This document shows, in pieces, positions 26,081-38,264 of a stretch of 64,000 bases of DNA. The position numbers and the translations under genes were made by a program. The notes under the pieces are model-generated. The model had not been told where the DNA came from. It saw only the letters and a list, made by a program, of their open reading frames with translations, and made no database searches. Each line of letters begins with the position of its first letter. Position 1 is the stretch's first letter. Source of the stretch: the human T2T-CHM13v2.0 reference genome, Homo sapiens; NCBI RefSeq assembly GCF_009914755.1, contig NC_060929.1. One strand, given 5' to 3'.

Positions 26081-28289
26081 GATGATCCCATGCCGGGTTC
26101 CTCTACCATGATTTTGGTGTGTCTAGGGAAGATAAGCCAACTCATCCCATAAAAAAGAGGCTCTCCCAACATGCTTTCTTTAGGCTGGTACAACACCCCC
26201 AACACATCACCTTAACATTATTATTAGTTTGGAATTATAGATTAGCCAGTTTATTTGGCCCTAAGTAAGTATTGGTTCTCTCCAATTGGAGGGAGAAGAA
26301 AGCAGGGTAAGAATATGGTAAAGCAGTGTTCAAGGAAGATCACTGTGGAAGTAAATGGAAGGGATTTGGCCTGAATCTGAAAATTCTGTCTGGGACTCTT
26401 TAGGGGTGAAGGGAGTAGTAGTGGGAATAGAGATGAGAAACGTTTGTACTTTGAGAGAAACATTGTTGGAAGCCTGTTCCATTCAGATGGAATGGAAGGT
26501 AGGTTTAATTGCTGCCATTGGGCTTTTTTACCTGATTTTTAACAGGAGGAATCCAGGAGGAATAAAGTGATTAGCCTGTGATAAGAGGGGACAAAAGGCA
26601 ATGATTACCTAGTCCTGGGGGACCCAGGGCTCCCGTTCATACTAAAGGGCTTGGTCTATCCTGAACAGGTTAACATCAACACCACTAGGACTATATTTAG
26701 GGAGGAGAGCCATTTTTCTCCGTCTTCTCACTTCCCCCACATAGAAAAGATTCACAAGAATTGTCTCTAAGAACTTCTCAATGCAGGAGTATTAGACTAG
26801 ACAAGCCACAAAGGAACAGGAAATAGCTTCCTAATTTTTTTTCACATTTCTGATTCTCTACTGTTGCCCTTTATTTGGTGATAGTTTAGGAGAACTGAAA
26901 AGTACAGAAACAGATTAGATGAAAATCCATATTTAATCCTCCAGTTGTCAAATTTCCATGAATCTATGTTAATTAAATAACTTGAATCAGGCCCTCATTT
27001 ACACATTTACTCCTTAATTATTGTGATTATCTTGACTTTAAAATTCTGCATCAACTGGAAATGAGTCCCATAAAACAAAAAATATTATGACATATCCATG
27101 TTGACATAAGAGGAAAATATGAACATTTCAAAGGATTTTTTTCTCTTTTACTATGTATACATGTAGGAGTTGAGTATGAAGCAACTATTCAAACATTTGA
27201 GAACTCAAATATCTTGATAACCAAAGGAAGCATTTAAAATTTAAATTATTCATGTCCTTTAATTTTCTATCTGGTGTGTGTAGATACCATTTTAAAATGA
27301 CTTACGTATCATTTAAAAAAACTTTCCTTAAAATAGAAATAAATAGCATAGTGAAAAAACTTAGCAAGAGAGTAAAAGGCTTTTACTCATACAGATAAAC
27401 ATTTTCAGTGGTATCTGATTTCACATCTTTTGCTTCCATTACAGCTGAGCAGAGCCCCATAAATGAGAAGCCACGAAGACTGAGGTTACACAGTGATCCA
27501 CAGTTGCCACAAAACTGAGCAGTGAGTGAAACCCTGGTGTCACACATGCTATTTACCATGATGGGCTGAACTCCTGGTCCACTGAGCAGCATATTTAGTT
27601 ATACATACCCATACTGTAGGTAGCCCTATATTTTGAAATGACAGTCTTGATTTAAATTTTGCTTTCTGAAAATGTACTTCAAAGATAGAGAATTATTAGA
27701 CCAGGGCAGAGAAGATAGAAGTATAGTCCAGGAAGAATACTTTTGCTATTCATGTATTTAGATATCAGTGTTTTTTTAAAAAGGGACACACAAATAATAT
27801 TATAGAGATTTAAGGTGTCAGTAGTGAGAACATAAGAACTATTTGGGACTGAGAAGTATATAATACTAAGGGATTGTGTGAATAATACTTAGATTCACTT
27901 ATAAGGCAATACGTTTTTTTAACAAAACAAGAAGGTGGGAATGCTGCAAACGTCTCAATGTTGGGCATTCTTATAACTCTTGGGTATGTTGCCCAATAGT
28001 ATTACAATCATAAAGCTCATTGAGTCAAGGTAATGAAATTCAGGGAACATTGAATATATGCAATGTTTGTTTACAAAATCATCATGTGGTAGAATAACAA
28101 TAAAACACAAACACGTAGGTATTCTAAAAATGAAATACCATTAGTAACTCCAAAGTTAGTAAAGGGTGTGGGCTTACCATGAAAGCCATATAATTATATT
28201 TCTCAGTTTCACATCAAAAAGCAAATATTGGAGCAATAATGACACTCCTTAGAAATTACTTGAATGAATGCTTCTGGAATCCTGAACTT

Positions 28290-28640
28290 CTTATAGTTTC
28301 CCGAGCTCAAATGCTGTTTCATACCTTTTTCTCATGCTTTTCTTCCCTGTGCCTTGAACACCTTTGCTTCTGTTTTTTACCTAATTCCTTCTTGTCCATC
28401 TAGACTGAGTTCTAACCATTTTGTTTTTGGAAAGTCTTGACTGACTTCACAGGCTGGGTTAGGGATGCCTCTCCATCCAAAAGCATTCCAAGCATATTTC
28501 CAATAACCATGATAGTTCAAAGGATTTGCCCCACTGTAAGTGATGTGAGGGCAAAGAATGTGTATACCTTTTTATCTTTTATTTCCCTGCTTTGGAACAG
28601 TGTTTGTCACTTAGTGGGTATCCAAGGAATGACTGTTGAA
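28290..28640 (+). mobile_element. L2 3' fragment
   Basis: ttccctgtgccttgaaca..., ggaacagtgtttgtcacttagtgggtatccaaggaatgactgttgaa. Confidence 0.5.
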
Positions 28641-29081
28641 CTAAACCAAACTGCAGTAGCAAACATTCCAGAACTGTGAGGAAAAGGGAGATTGCCAACA
28701 TACCACAGAGTTGATTTCATGCTATGATTAAATTGGAGTGCCTTGTCCATGAACTTACTCCATGTGTCCTGCCTCTACCCTCTAATTTATGCTCCTTCCT
28801 CCTCACTGCATATTTCTTCCCAATGTCACCTGCTAACATCCTACTTATCTGCTTCCAGATCTCCATCAAATTTCTTGTTCTCCATGAATGTATTTTCCAA
28901 CTGGATATTACTCCTCTGCCCTTAACCCACAGATTTTTGTTGTTGTTGTTGTTCCTTCCTATGACATTTACCTTATTCAGCTTTGGGGTCTTATTTATGT
29001 GCTTATCTCGTCTCTATCTTTGTGCTTTTGCACTGGTTATCACTAAGCTTTATGTATATTAGATACTCCATAAGTAGCTCA

Positions 29082-29508
29082 TAAAGGTCCCCAAACTTTT
29101 TGGCACTAGAGACTGGTTTTGTAGAAGACAATTTTTCCACAGATGGGGGCGGGGAGAAGAGACAGTTTTGGAATGATTAAAGCGCATTACATTTATTGGC
29201 ACTTTATTTCTATTATTATTACATTGTAATATATAATGTATATACATGTATATATTATTACGTGTAATATATACAGTGACAGATCATCAGATATTAGATT
29301 CTCATAGGGAGTGTGCAATCTAGATCCCTCGCATGCACAGTTAACAACAGAGTTCACGTTCCTATGATAATCTAATGTTGCCGCTGATCTGAGAGGAGGT
29401 GGAGCTCAGGTTCACTCACTTGCCCACCACTCACCTCCTGCTGTGTGGCCTGGTCCCCAAGAGCCCATGGACCAGTACCATCTGTGGCCTGGGGGTTGGA
29501 GACCCCTG
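29082..29508 (+). mobile_element. MER1A (hAT-Charlie) DNA transposon
   Basis: ggtccccaaactttttggcactagagactggtttt... with terminus ggttggagacccctg. Confidence 0.9.
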
Positions 29509-29559
29509 AGCTATATGAACAGATTATAAAAATATATCCCATGTCACAATATTTAAATA

Positions 29560-30769
29560 CAGTTACGTACTGCTTAACAATGAGGATACAATCTAAGAAA
29601 TGCATTGATAGGCAACTTCATCATTGAACATCATATAGAGTGGACCTACACAAACCTAGGTGGTAGAGCCTACTACATACCTATATAGTATAGTGTATTG
29701 CTCCTAGGCTACAAACCTGCACAGCAAGTTACTGTATTGGAATACTGTAGGTCATTGTAACACACTGGTAATTGTGTGTCTAAACATAACTATATATAGA
29801 AAAGGAGTAAAAATATCATATGAAAGATAATGGTGCACCTTTATAGGGCACTTACCATGAATAGGGCTTGCAGGACTAGAAGTTGCACTGGTGAGCCAGT
29901 GAGTGAGTGGTGAATGAATGTGATGGCCTAGGATGTTACTGTACACTACTGTAGAACTTATAAACACTCCACACTTAGGCTACACTAAATTTATAAAAAC
30001 TATTTTTTCTTCAATAATAAATTAACCTTAGCTTACTGTAGTTCTTTACCTTTATAAATGTTGACATTTTTAAACTTTTGACTCTTGTAATAACATTTAG
30101 CTTAAAACACAAATACATTGTATAGCTGTGCAAAAAATTCTTTCTCCATATCCTTATTCTATAAGCTTTTTTCCTATTTTAAAAACATTTTATTTTTTAC
30201 TTCTGAAATTTTTTTTGTTAAAAACTAAGACTGAAACACACACATTATCTGAAGCCAACACAGGGTCAGAGTCATCAATATCACTGTCTTCCACTTCTAC
30301 ATCTTATCCCACTGGAAGTTCTTCTGGGGCAATAACACACATGGGGCTGTCATCTCTCATGACAATTCTGCCTTCTACAGTATCTCCTGAAGGATCCACC
30401 TAAGGCTGTTTTACAGTTAACATTTTTTTTTTAATAAGTAGGAGTACACTATAACAATGAAAGTAGAGTGAAGGAAATATATAAACCAGTAACATAGTCA
30501 TTTGTTAATATTGTCAAGCATTATTTACTATACATAATTTTATGTGCTATACTGCACTTTTATATGACTGGCAGCACACATTTGTTTATACCAGCATCAA
30601 CACAAACATGTGAGTAAGGTGTTGCACTACCACTTTATGACAGCTATGATATCACTAGGCAATAGGAATTTTTCAGCTCCATTATAATCTTATGGATTAT
30701 ATAAACAGCATATATAAATGTATATGCTGTTAATTGTTTACTGAAACATCATTATGTGGCAAATGACTA
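29560..30769 (+). mobile_element. Tigger3b-like TcMar-Tigger element
   Basis: cagtta...acacaaacctag...attgctcctaggctacaaacctg...; terminus attatgtggcaaatgacta; TA flanks. Confidence 0.88.
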
Positions 30770-32541
30770 TATAGAGACAATTAACTAAACAAATCCTGTG
30801 AATCCTGATTCAGATTCCATTCACTAAGAATCTGTGATAACACTTGATCTGGTTCTTTTATACATTCCATGTACATGGTGAGCCAATTTAAGAGGATAAA
30901 GTGCACTACAGGTCTTAGACCTATTTTATTATGGGACTGAAAACTATTAATATTAACCTATTTTAACCATCACAGCAGACCTGGAAACATATATGCATTA
31001 GTATGACCTAGAGTTTAGACTCCTCAGTAACCACTGATTCATTTTTGTGATGTTTTACATGTCCCTTCAAATTTGATTGTTTCTCTAATTTTGTAATAGA
31101 AACATTCAAGCCAGGTTGTCAGAATTCTTATCATTCATTTTCTCTCTTCCGAGAGTATTAAGTGTTGCATTTCAGTTTCATCAAAAGAAGATGCTAGTCC
31201 TCCACAGACTACGAGGTGTGACCCTAAGAGTCCCTCTTTGTGGTCTCAGGGGTAGAGCCTGCCAGGATTTCAGAAGGAGCTGGAGGTTAGAGTAACCAGG
31301 AGCAGGAAGTGGCCAACTTTCATCCTTCTCTAGGAGTTGCCACTTGACAAGTCATTCCTATTTGATCCACAAAACTTTATAGACTCGAAGTAAATGATGT
31401 GTATTTCTACAGTGGCCTTGCAGATGGCTACAAGTTCCACCAAACCATGCCTGTGAAGATTACTTCTGTAAAATCAGACATGGCCAATATATGCACCCAG
31501 ACCCTCCTTCAGCTGTCCAAGGTCAAGAGGTCCTCAGCCAAGATAATTACAAGATATGCTCTCCTGAGTCTGAGTCCTCACAGGAACCTGCTCCAAGAGG
31601 CAAGAATGAGGCGATGTTTTGTGAGGAGGTTCCTGAAAATCAAGGAGTAAGACCCAGAGGACAGGGGCAGTCTCTGCTCATTCTCCAGCCATGAGTCCAC
31701 TCTGTCACAAACAGGCCTGAACTGATTTCCTCTGCTGCCTGAGCTTTCAAGATTTCAAGATCATGGAAAACCTAAGTAGTCTCTGGGAATGAGGCATCTA
31801 TGTCCTTATTCTTTGATAAGTTCCTCCTGTTATTGGAGGAACAAATACAGAGGTCTCTGTCTTTATCTCCTTCCCCAAAGAACCTTGTCTTTTCTTTGGT
31901 GAAATCTATTTTCTCTCTCAGTAAGAATCTATGTAAGGTTTAGGAAGTTAAGATGTTTGTGGCTTGTTAGATACTGCATCAAGGCCCATTTTTTTCTCAC
32001 CCACGCCTTTGCCCGTCTAGTTCCAGGCAAAACAGTGAAGTGCATAATTTTCCTCTATGATCTTACTTCTTCACTGTCATTTAGTAGTCTCCCTCCCTTT
32101 ATCTCTCAGGGCACCCCTTGGCTACACAGGTCTACTTGTAATAAAATATTTCAGAGTTGAAAGGAACCTTAAAAATCACCGATTATAACCACTAAACAGC
32201 TTCTCCTGAAATCCTAGTCCAACTTGCCCATACTGAAAGCTAACTGTTTTATCTAATCAGATAAAAGAATCCATGCCAATAGCCTGTAAGAGAAGATTAA
32301 AGGAGATTCTTGGGCCTTTCTCTCCTCTCCCAGGCAACCAACATATATTTTAATTGCGATTCACTGGAGATAATGTTTCATTCAATATTTCAGGTAAGGA
32401 GAAAAGAAAAGAAGAGGAGAGAGGATGGTATAATGAAAGGATCAAGGAGTGCTGTTATTTTTTAAGCAAGTGAGACCATTTGTTTATTCTACACATAGGC
32501 TTTGACTCCATTTATTATTTTGAACAATCAAGAAAAACAGT

Positions 32542-32614
32542 TTTCTTGATGGTGGCAGAAGAGTGATATAGAAAAAGCTTTCTTGATGGTGGCAAAAGAG
32601 TGATGTAGAAAAAG
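32542..32614 (+). repeat. Tandem duplication, two copies of a ~37-bp unit
   Basis: tttcttgatggtggcagaagagtgatatagaaaaag / tttcttgatggtggcaaaagagtgatgtagaaaaag (2 mismatches). Confidence 0.95.
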
Positions 32615-32896
32615 AGCAAGGATTTAAGAAGCAAGAATGTTGTTTTCAAAATTGAAACCTAACCTAGAAAATCACATTTGTGACCAATGATCAGAATGTC
32701 ACTATATATTTCTTTGCAAAGATACTCTCTTGCATAATTAGCTCTTAACAATCATAAAAGCAGGCATCTTTGAATTTATTTTTATATATGATGGTATATG
32801 AAAATAAGTTATGCTTTATTCGACCATATGCCAGATACTCCTCATTTCTAAATTGCAAATTATTTTTTGGTAAAAATCATATATATTAAAGCTACA

Positions 32897-33175
32897 TTTT
32901 TATTGTATATATTTAAGATATACAATATGATGCTGTGATATACATTGTGATTACTATGTTAAGCAAATTAACATATCCATCAACTTGCACAGTTACCCTT
33001 TTGTATGTGTGGCAAGAGCATCTAAATTCTACTTTCTTAGCAAAAAATCCCAAATACAATACAATATTAACTGTAGTCCTCATGCTGTACTTAGATCTAG
33101 ACTTGTTCATCCTACATAATTACAACTTTTTATCCTTGGACCTACATCTCCACATTGCCTCCCCAACTACCTCTT
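32897..33175 (-). mobile_element. L1MA-type 3' end
   Basis: ttttattgtatatatttaag...aattaacatatccatca...atattaactgtagtcctcatgctgtac. Confidence 0.85.
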
Positions 33176-33249
33176 CCAAAAAATTACATTTTTGTCCAAA
33201 CAATGCTTTACCTTTTTGTTGTTGCTGTTGCTTTTAACTTTCGAAAGTT

Positions 33250-33440
33250 AATTTCACATTTCATTTTTACCATGTTACAATCCTGTGAGATGGATGGTAC
33301 TACTAATAAAGAAACAGCTAAAGAGGCACAATGAGACTTATCCAAGTTGCATAGTTAGTCAGGGACTAACTAGTTATCTGTGGTGCCATATCTGAGCACA
33401 TGTCTCCTGGGTCCCATATCTGGGCTCCCTTTAGCCCAAA
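33250..33440 (-). mobile_element. MIR SINE (diverged)
   Basis: acaatcctgtgaga...gacttatccaagttgcatagttagt. Confidence 0.55.
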
Positions 33441-34110
33441 AGTATACCTCACGTAGACTATATACCTTTTTGTCAGCTCTCATTTCAGTCCTGATGATGG
33501 TCTTTGCAGAACAGAAACTAATTGCAAAGGAATCTGTTACCTGTTCTCATCAGTGTGCCACATATTCTTCCCCTACAGGAAACAGAAGCCACAAGTGCAA
33601 CTGTGATGTTAATCACTTGACAAACGTTTTCCAAGTGACATGAATATATTAAACTCCACTTACAAACAGTGTTTTAAGTATTCCTATGATGTACAAATAT
33701 GCTAAATCTATCGAAGGCTGTTCTGGTGATCCAGAAGGTGTTATAAAAGGAACAAAGGAAATGATATTTTCTCTTTTAGGAAGCATTAAAGATGTCTTCT
33801 TTAATAATTATTACAATAAAGATTCTCTAACTAACAACATATGCTAGGTAATAATTTTTGTCTTGTAGAAATATGAATGTTTTCTAATGGAAGACATTTA
33901 ACATGCCTTAGTTAAAGATTAATTCAAAGAAAAGCCCTCTTTGGGATTCATCGCAACATCTATAAGGTGGCATTATTTTTCCAATATTCTTTTACTCTAT
34001 CCTCTGCATTTGAAAGAGCGTATGTCCAACCTATAATTATTTTCTGCTAATTAGAGTAATTCATGGTTAATTATTCAAAATGATTTCTCTTCAAAATCAA
34101 CTCCATTTCT

Positions 34111-34455
34111 TTTTCTTTTCTTTTCTCTTTCTTTTTCTTTTCTTTTTTTTTTTTTTTTTTTTTTTTTTTTGAGAAAGAGTCTCGCTCTGTCACCCAGGCT
34201 AGAGTGCAGTGGCACAATCTCGGCTCACTACAACCTCCACCTCTGGGGTTGAAGTGATTATTCTCCTGCTTCAGCCTCCTGAGTAGCTGGGATTACAGCC
34301 GCCCACCACCATGCCCAGCTAATTTTTATATTTTTAATAAAGACTGGTTTCGCCATGTCAGCCAGGCTGGTCTCGAACTCCTGACCTCAGGTGATCAGCC
34401 CATCTCGGCCTCCCAAAGTGCTGGGATTACAGGTGTGAGCCATTGTCCCTTGCCC
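34111..34455 (-). mobile_element. AluSx-type element
   Basis: Full dimer with cctgacctcaggtgatc; TSD atcaactccatttct (34096-34110) / atcaactgcatttct (34456-34470). Confidence 0.95.
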
Positions 34456-35474
34456 ATCAACTGCATTTCTTGCCATGACATTAAAAAAAGATACAAATAA
34501 AATATTATCAGAATGAAAATTTCTATCAGAGGAGAATATACTTTTTACTTTCTTTAAATAGCACTAAAATCTTTCTTCACTAGGAACGGTCCTATGAATT
34601 CCTACTTCAATTCATTTGGACTAGAGAAGGGCAAACTGAATCATGAGGTGATGACTATAAATGTTTTTGATAATTAAGGATTCGTTGTATATATAGGAGT
34701 AAGTAATTTTACTATTAATATATTCTTAAAGAAGAGTTATAAAGCAGTAAGACTTAACAATGGCTAAGGGCTAACAGTAAACACAGTAGCTTGGGACCCT
34801 GGATGTCTGAAGATGTACTCTGAGTAGACAGTGTCTCTTTGTAGGCTCTCATTTGGGTTCTGCTGATGGCTGAATCTCCCTTTTTGTCCTAATCTTGATC
34901 CCTCTTTTCAAAAAGCAGCTTCTTTCTTCTTTTATCTGCCTAGGAAAGTCCTGAGCCTTCATCTGTCTCTAAATTAAGAACATGTTTGCCTGCATCCTGC
35001 CACTTTCCCCATTCTGACCTCACTTATCTCTCCACTTTGTTCTATTCTGATTGTCATAAGAGACCAAACTGTCCCTCCTAAGAGGCTGAGGTGCTCCTGT
35101 GCCTAAATTTGTCTTAAGTAATAGCCTCAATATGAATCTGCTCTGCATAGCCAAATTTTCTACATACGTTTATTGAGTACCTTCAGTGTGCAAGACCTTA
35201 AGTTATATAATCTCCTAAAATGAAGTAAGTTGAAATGCCAACTGTGTGTGACACAAGGAGTTCCATTACATTAAAATGAACAGAGGAGAATAAAGTTATC
35301 GAAGCATAAATTTAAGAGTAAAAAAAGAATTATTAAATTAGAAATGACATCTACTTCTAGATTGAGAAGACAAAGGAGAAGATTATAACTCTTGGAAATA
35401 TTGAAATTATTGCTAAAATAAACTACTTCTGGTTTGACCAGGACTTTTCAACTTAGTTTATTTGCTTTTCCCCC

Positions 35475-35838
35475 TGTTATGGACTAAATGTTTGTGTCAC
35501 TGCAAAATTCATATGCTGAAGTCCTAACGCCAACGTAATGGTTAGGAGGTGGGGCCTTTTGGAATTAATTATTCATAAAGTTGGAGCCCTCATGAAGGGG
35601 ATTAGTGCCCTAATAAGAAGAAAGATGAGTTTGCTGTCTCTGCTCTGCTTTCTACTATATAAGGATACAAAGAGATGCCAGCCATCTGCAATCCAGGAAG
35701 TTGGCTCTTAGCAGGCACTTGATCTGCTGACACCTTGATCTTGGACTTGCCAGCCTCCTGAGCTGTGAGAATAGCTGTTTATTGTTTAAGCCACCCAACT
35801 ATGGTAATTTGTTGTAGCTGCCTGAACTAACTAAGACA
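35475..35838 (+). mobile_element. MaLR solo LTR (MLT1A-like)
   Basis: tgttatggactaaatgtttgtgtc...aaaattcatatg...caccttgatcttggactt...actaagaca. Confidence 0.9.
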
Positions 35839-35890
35839 TTCTCCCAGTGGGAATACAGCTCAACATTTCTAACAAAAATTGGTTTTAAAA

Positions 35891-38035
35891 TCCCTTCCTT
35901 ACACCTTATACAAAACTTAACTCAAGATGGATTAAAGACTTAAATGTAAGACCTAAAACCATAAAAACCCTAGAAGAAATCCTAGGCAATACCATTCAGG
36001 ACATAGGCAGGGCAAAGACTTCATGACTAAAACACCAAAAGCAATGGCAACAAAAGCCAAAACTGACAAATGGGATCTAATTAAACTAAAGAGCTTCTGC
36101 ACAGCAAAAGAAACTATCATCAGAGTGAACAGGCAACCTACAGAATGGGAGAAAAGTTTTGCCATCTACCCATCTGACAAAGGGCTAATATCCAGAATCT
36201 ACAAAGAACTTAAACAAATTTACAAGAACAAAACAAAACAGCCCCATCAAAAAGTGGGTAAAGGATATGAACAGACACTTCTCAAAAGAAGACATTTATG
36301 CAGCCAACAGACATATGAAAAAATGCTCATCATCACTGGTCATCAGAGAAATGCAAATCAAAACCACAATGAGATACCATCTCATGCCAGTTAGAATGGC
36401 TATCACTAAAAAGTCAGGAAACAACAGGTGCTGGAGAGGATGTGGAGGAATAGGAACACTTTTACACTGTTGGTGGGAGTGTAAATTAGTTCAACCATTG
36501 TGGAAGACAGTGTGGTGATTCCTCAAGGATCTGAAACTAGAAATACCATTTGACCCAGCAATCCCATAAACTGAGTATATACCCATAGGATTATAAATCA
36601 TGCTGCTATAAAGACATATGCACAAATATGTTTATTGTGGGACTATTCACAATATCAAAGACTTGGAACCAACCCAAATGTCCATCAATGATAGAGTGGA
36701 TTAAGAAAATACGGAACATAATATCCAGAATCTACAATGAACTCAAACAAATTTACAAGAAAAAAACAAACAACCCCATCAAAAAGTGGGCAAAGGACAT
36801 GAACAGACACTTCTCAAAAGAAGACATTTATGCAGCCAAAAAACACATGAAAAAATGCTCACCATCACTGGCCATCAGAGAAATGCAAATCAAAACCACA
36901 ATGAGATACCATCTCACGCCAGTTAGAATGGCAATCATTAAAAAGTCAGGAAACAACAGGTGCTGGAGAGGAGGTGGAGGAATAGGAACACTTTTACATT
37001 GTTGGTGGGACTGTAAACTAGTTCAACCCTTGTGGAAGTCAGTGTGGCGATTCCTCAGGGATCCAGAACTAGAAATACCATTTGACCCAGCCATCCCATT
37101 ACTGGGTATATACCCAAAGGACTATAAATCATGCTGCTATAAAGACACATGCACACGTATGTTTATTGCTGCACTATTCACAATAGCAAAGATTTGGAAC
37201 CAACCCAAATGTCCAACAATGATAGACTGGATCAAGAAAATGTGGCACATATACACCATGGAATATTATGCAGCCATAAAAAATGATGAGTTCATGTCCT
37301 TTGTAGGGACATGGATGAAATTGGAAATCATCATTCTCAGTAAACTATCGCAAGAACAAAAAACCAAACACCGCATATTCTCACTCATAGGTGGGAATTG
37401 AACAATGAGAACACATGGACACAGGAAGGGGAATATCACACTCTGGGGACTGTTGTGGGGTGGGGGAAGTGGGGAGGGATAGCTTTAGGAGATATACTTA
37501 ATGCTAAATGACGAGTTAATGGGTGCAGCACACCAGCATGGCACATGTATACATATGTAACTAACCTGCACATTGTGCACATGTACCCTAAAACTTAAAG
37601 GATAATAATAATAAAATAAAATAAAAAAGAAAATGTACAGTCAGGAAAATTAAAAAAAAAAGAAAATATGGCGCAAATACACCATGGGATACTACGCAGC
37701 CATAAAAAAGATGAGTTCATGTCCTTTGCAGGGACATGGATGAAGCTGGAAACCATCATTCTCTGCAAACTGTCACAAGGACAGAAAACCAAACACTGCA
37801 TGTTCTCACTCATAGGTGGGAGTTGAACAATGAGAACACATGGACACAGGGCGGGGAACATCACACACTGTGACCTGTCTCGGGGGTTGAGGGCTGGGAG
37901 AGGGATAACATTAGGAGAAATGCCTACTGTAAGTGATGGGTGCAGCAAACCAACATGGCACATGTATACCTGTGTAACAAACCTGCATGTTGTGCACATG
38001 TACCCTAGAACTTAATGTATAATAATAAAAAAAAA
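35891..38035 (+). mobile_element. 5'-truncated L1PA (about PA6/7), host of a nested L1
   Basis: ORF2 C-terminal peptides (36023: [30 protein letters not shown]); sequence resumes at 37660 with ORF2 end and 3'UTR. Confidence 0.93.
36719..37661 (+). mobile_element. Young 5'-truncated L1 (L1PA2/3-like) with open ORF2 C-terminus and a 3' extension
   Basis: Uninterrupted ORF2 frame to '...[13 protein letters not shown]'; 3'UTR gctaaatgacgagttaatgggtgcagcacaccagcatgg; TSD core aagaaaata at 36703-36711 and 37660-37668. Confidence 0.95.
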
Positions 38036-38264
38036 TTTTAAGTTTTTCAACATTTAGATTTTCACAGTAACTGTGAGAGAAACTAGAAGAAAAAAAGGAT
38101 CTAGTTAAATGTGTCTTAGTCCATCCATGAAATAAACCTTTATTCTTTTCTGATTTGAGGAATATGTAAATTCTACTGGCTATTTTTGAGACTTTGACAT
38201 CAGGATTTCATTTCAATGCTATCATCTCTTGCTTTTTTGGTAACTTAGAGTACTTTGAATTAAG

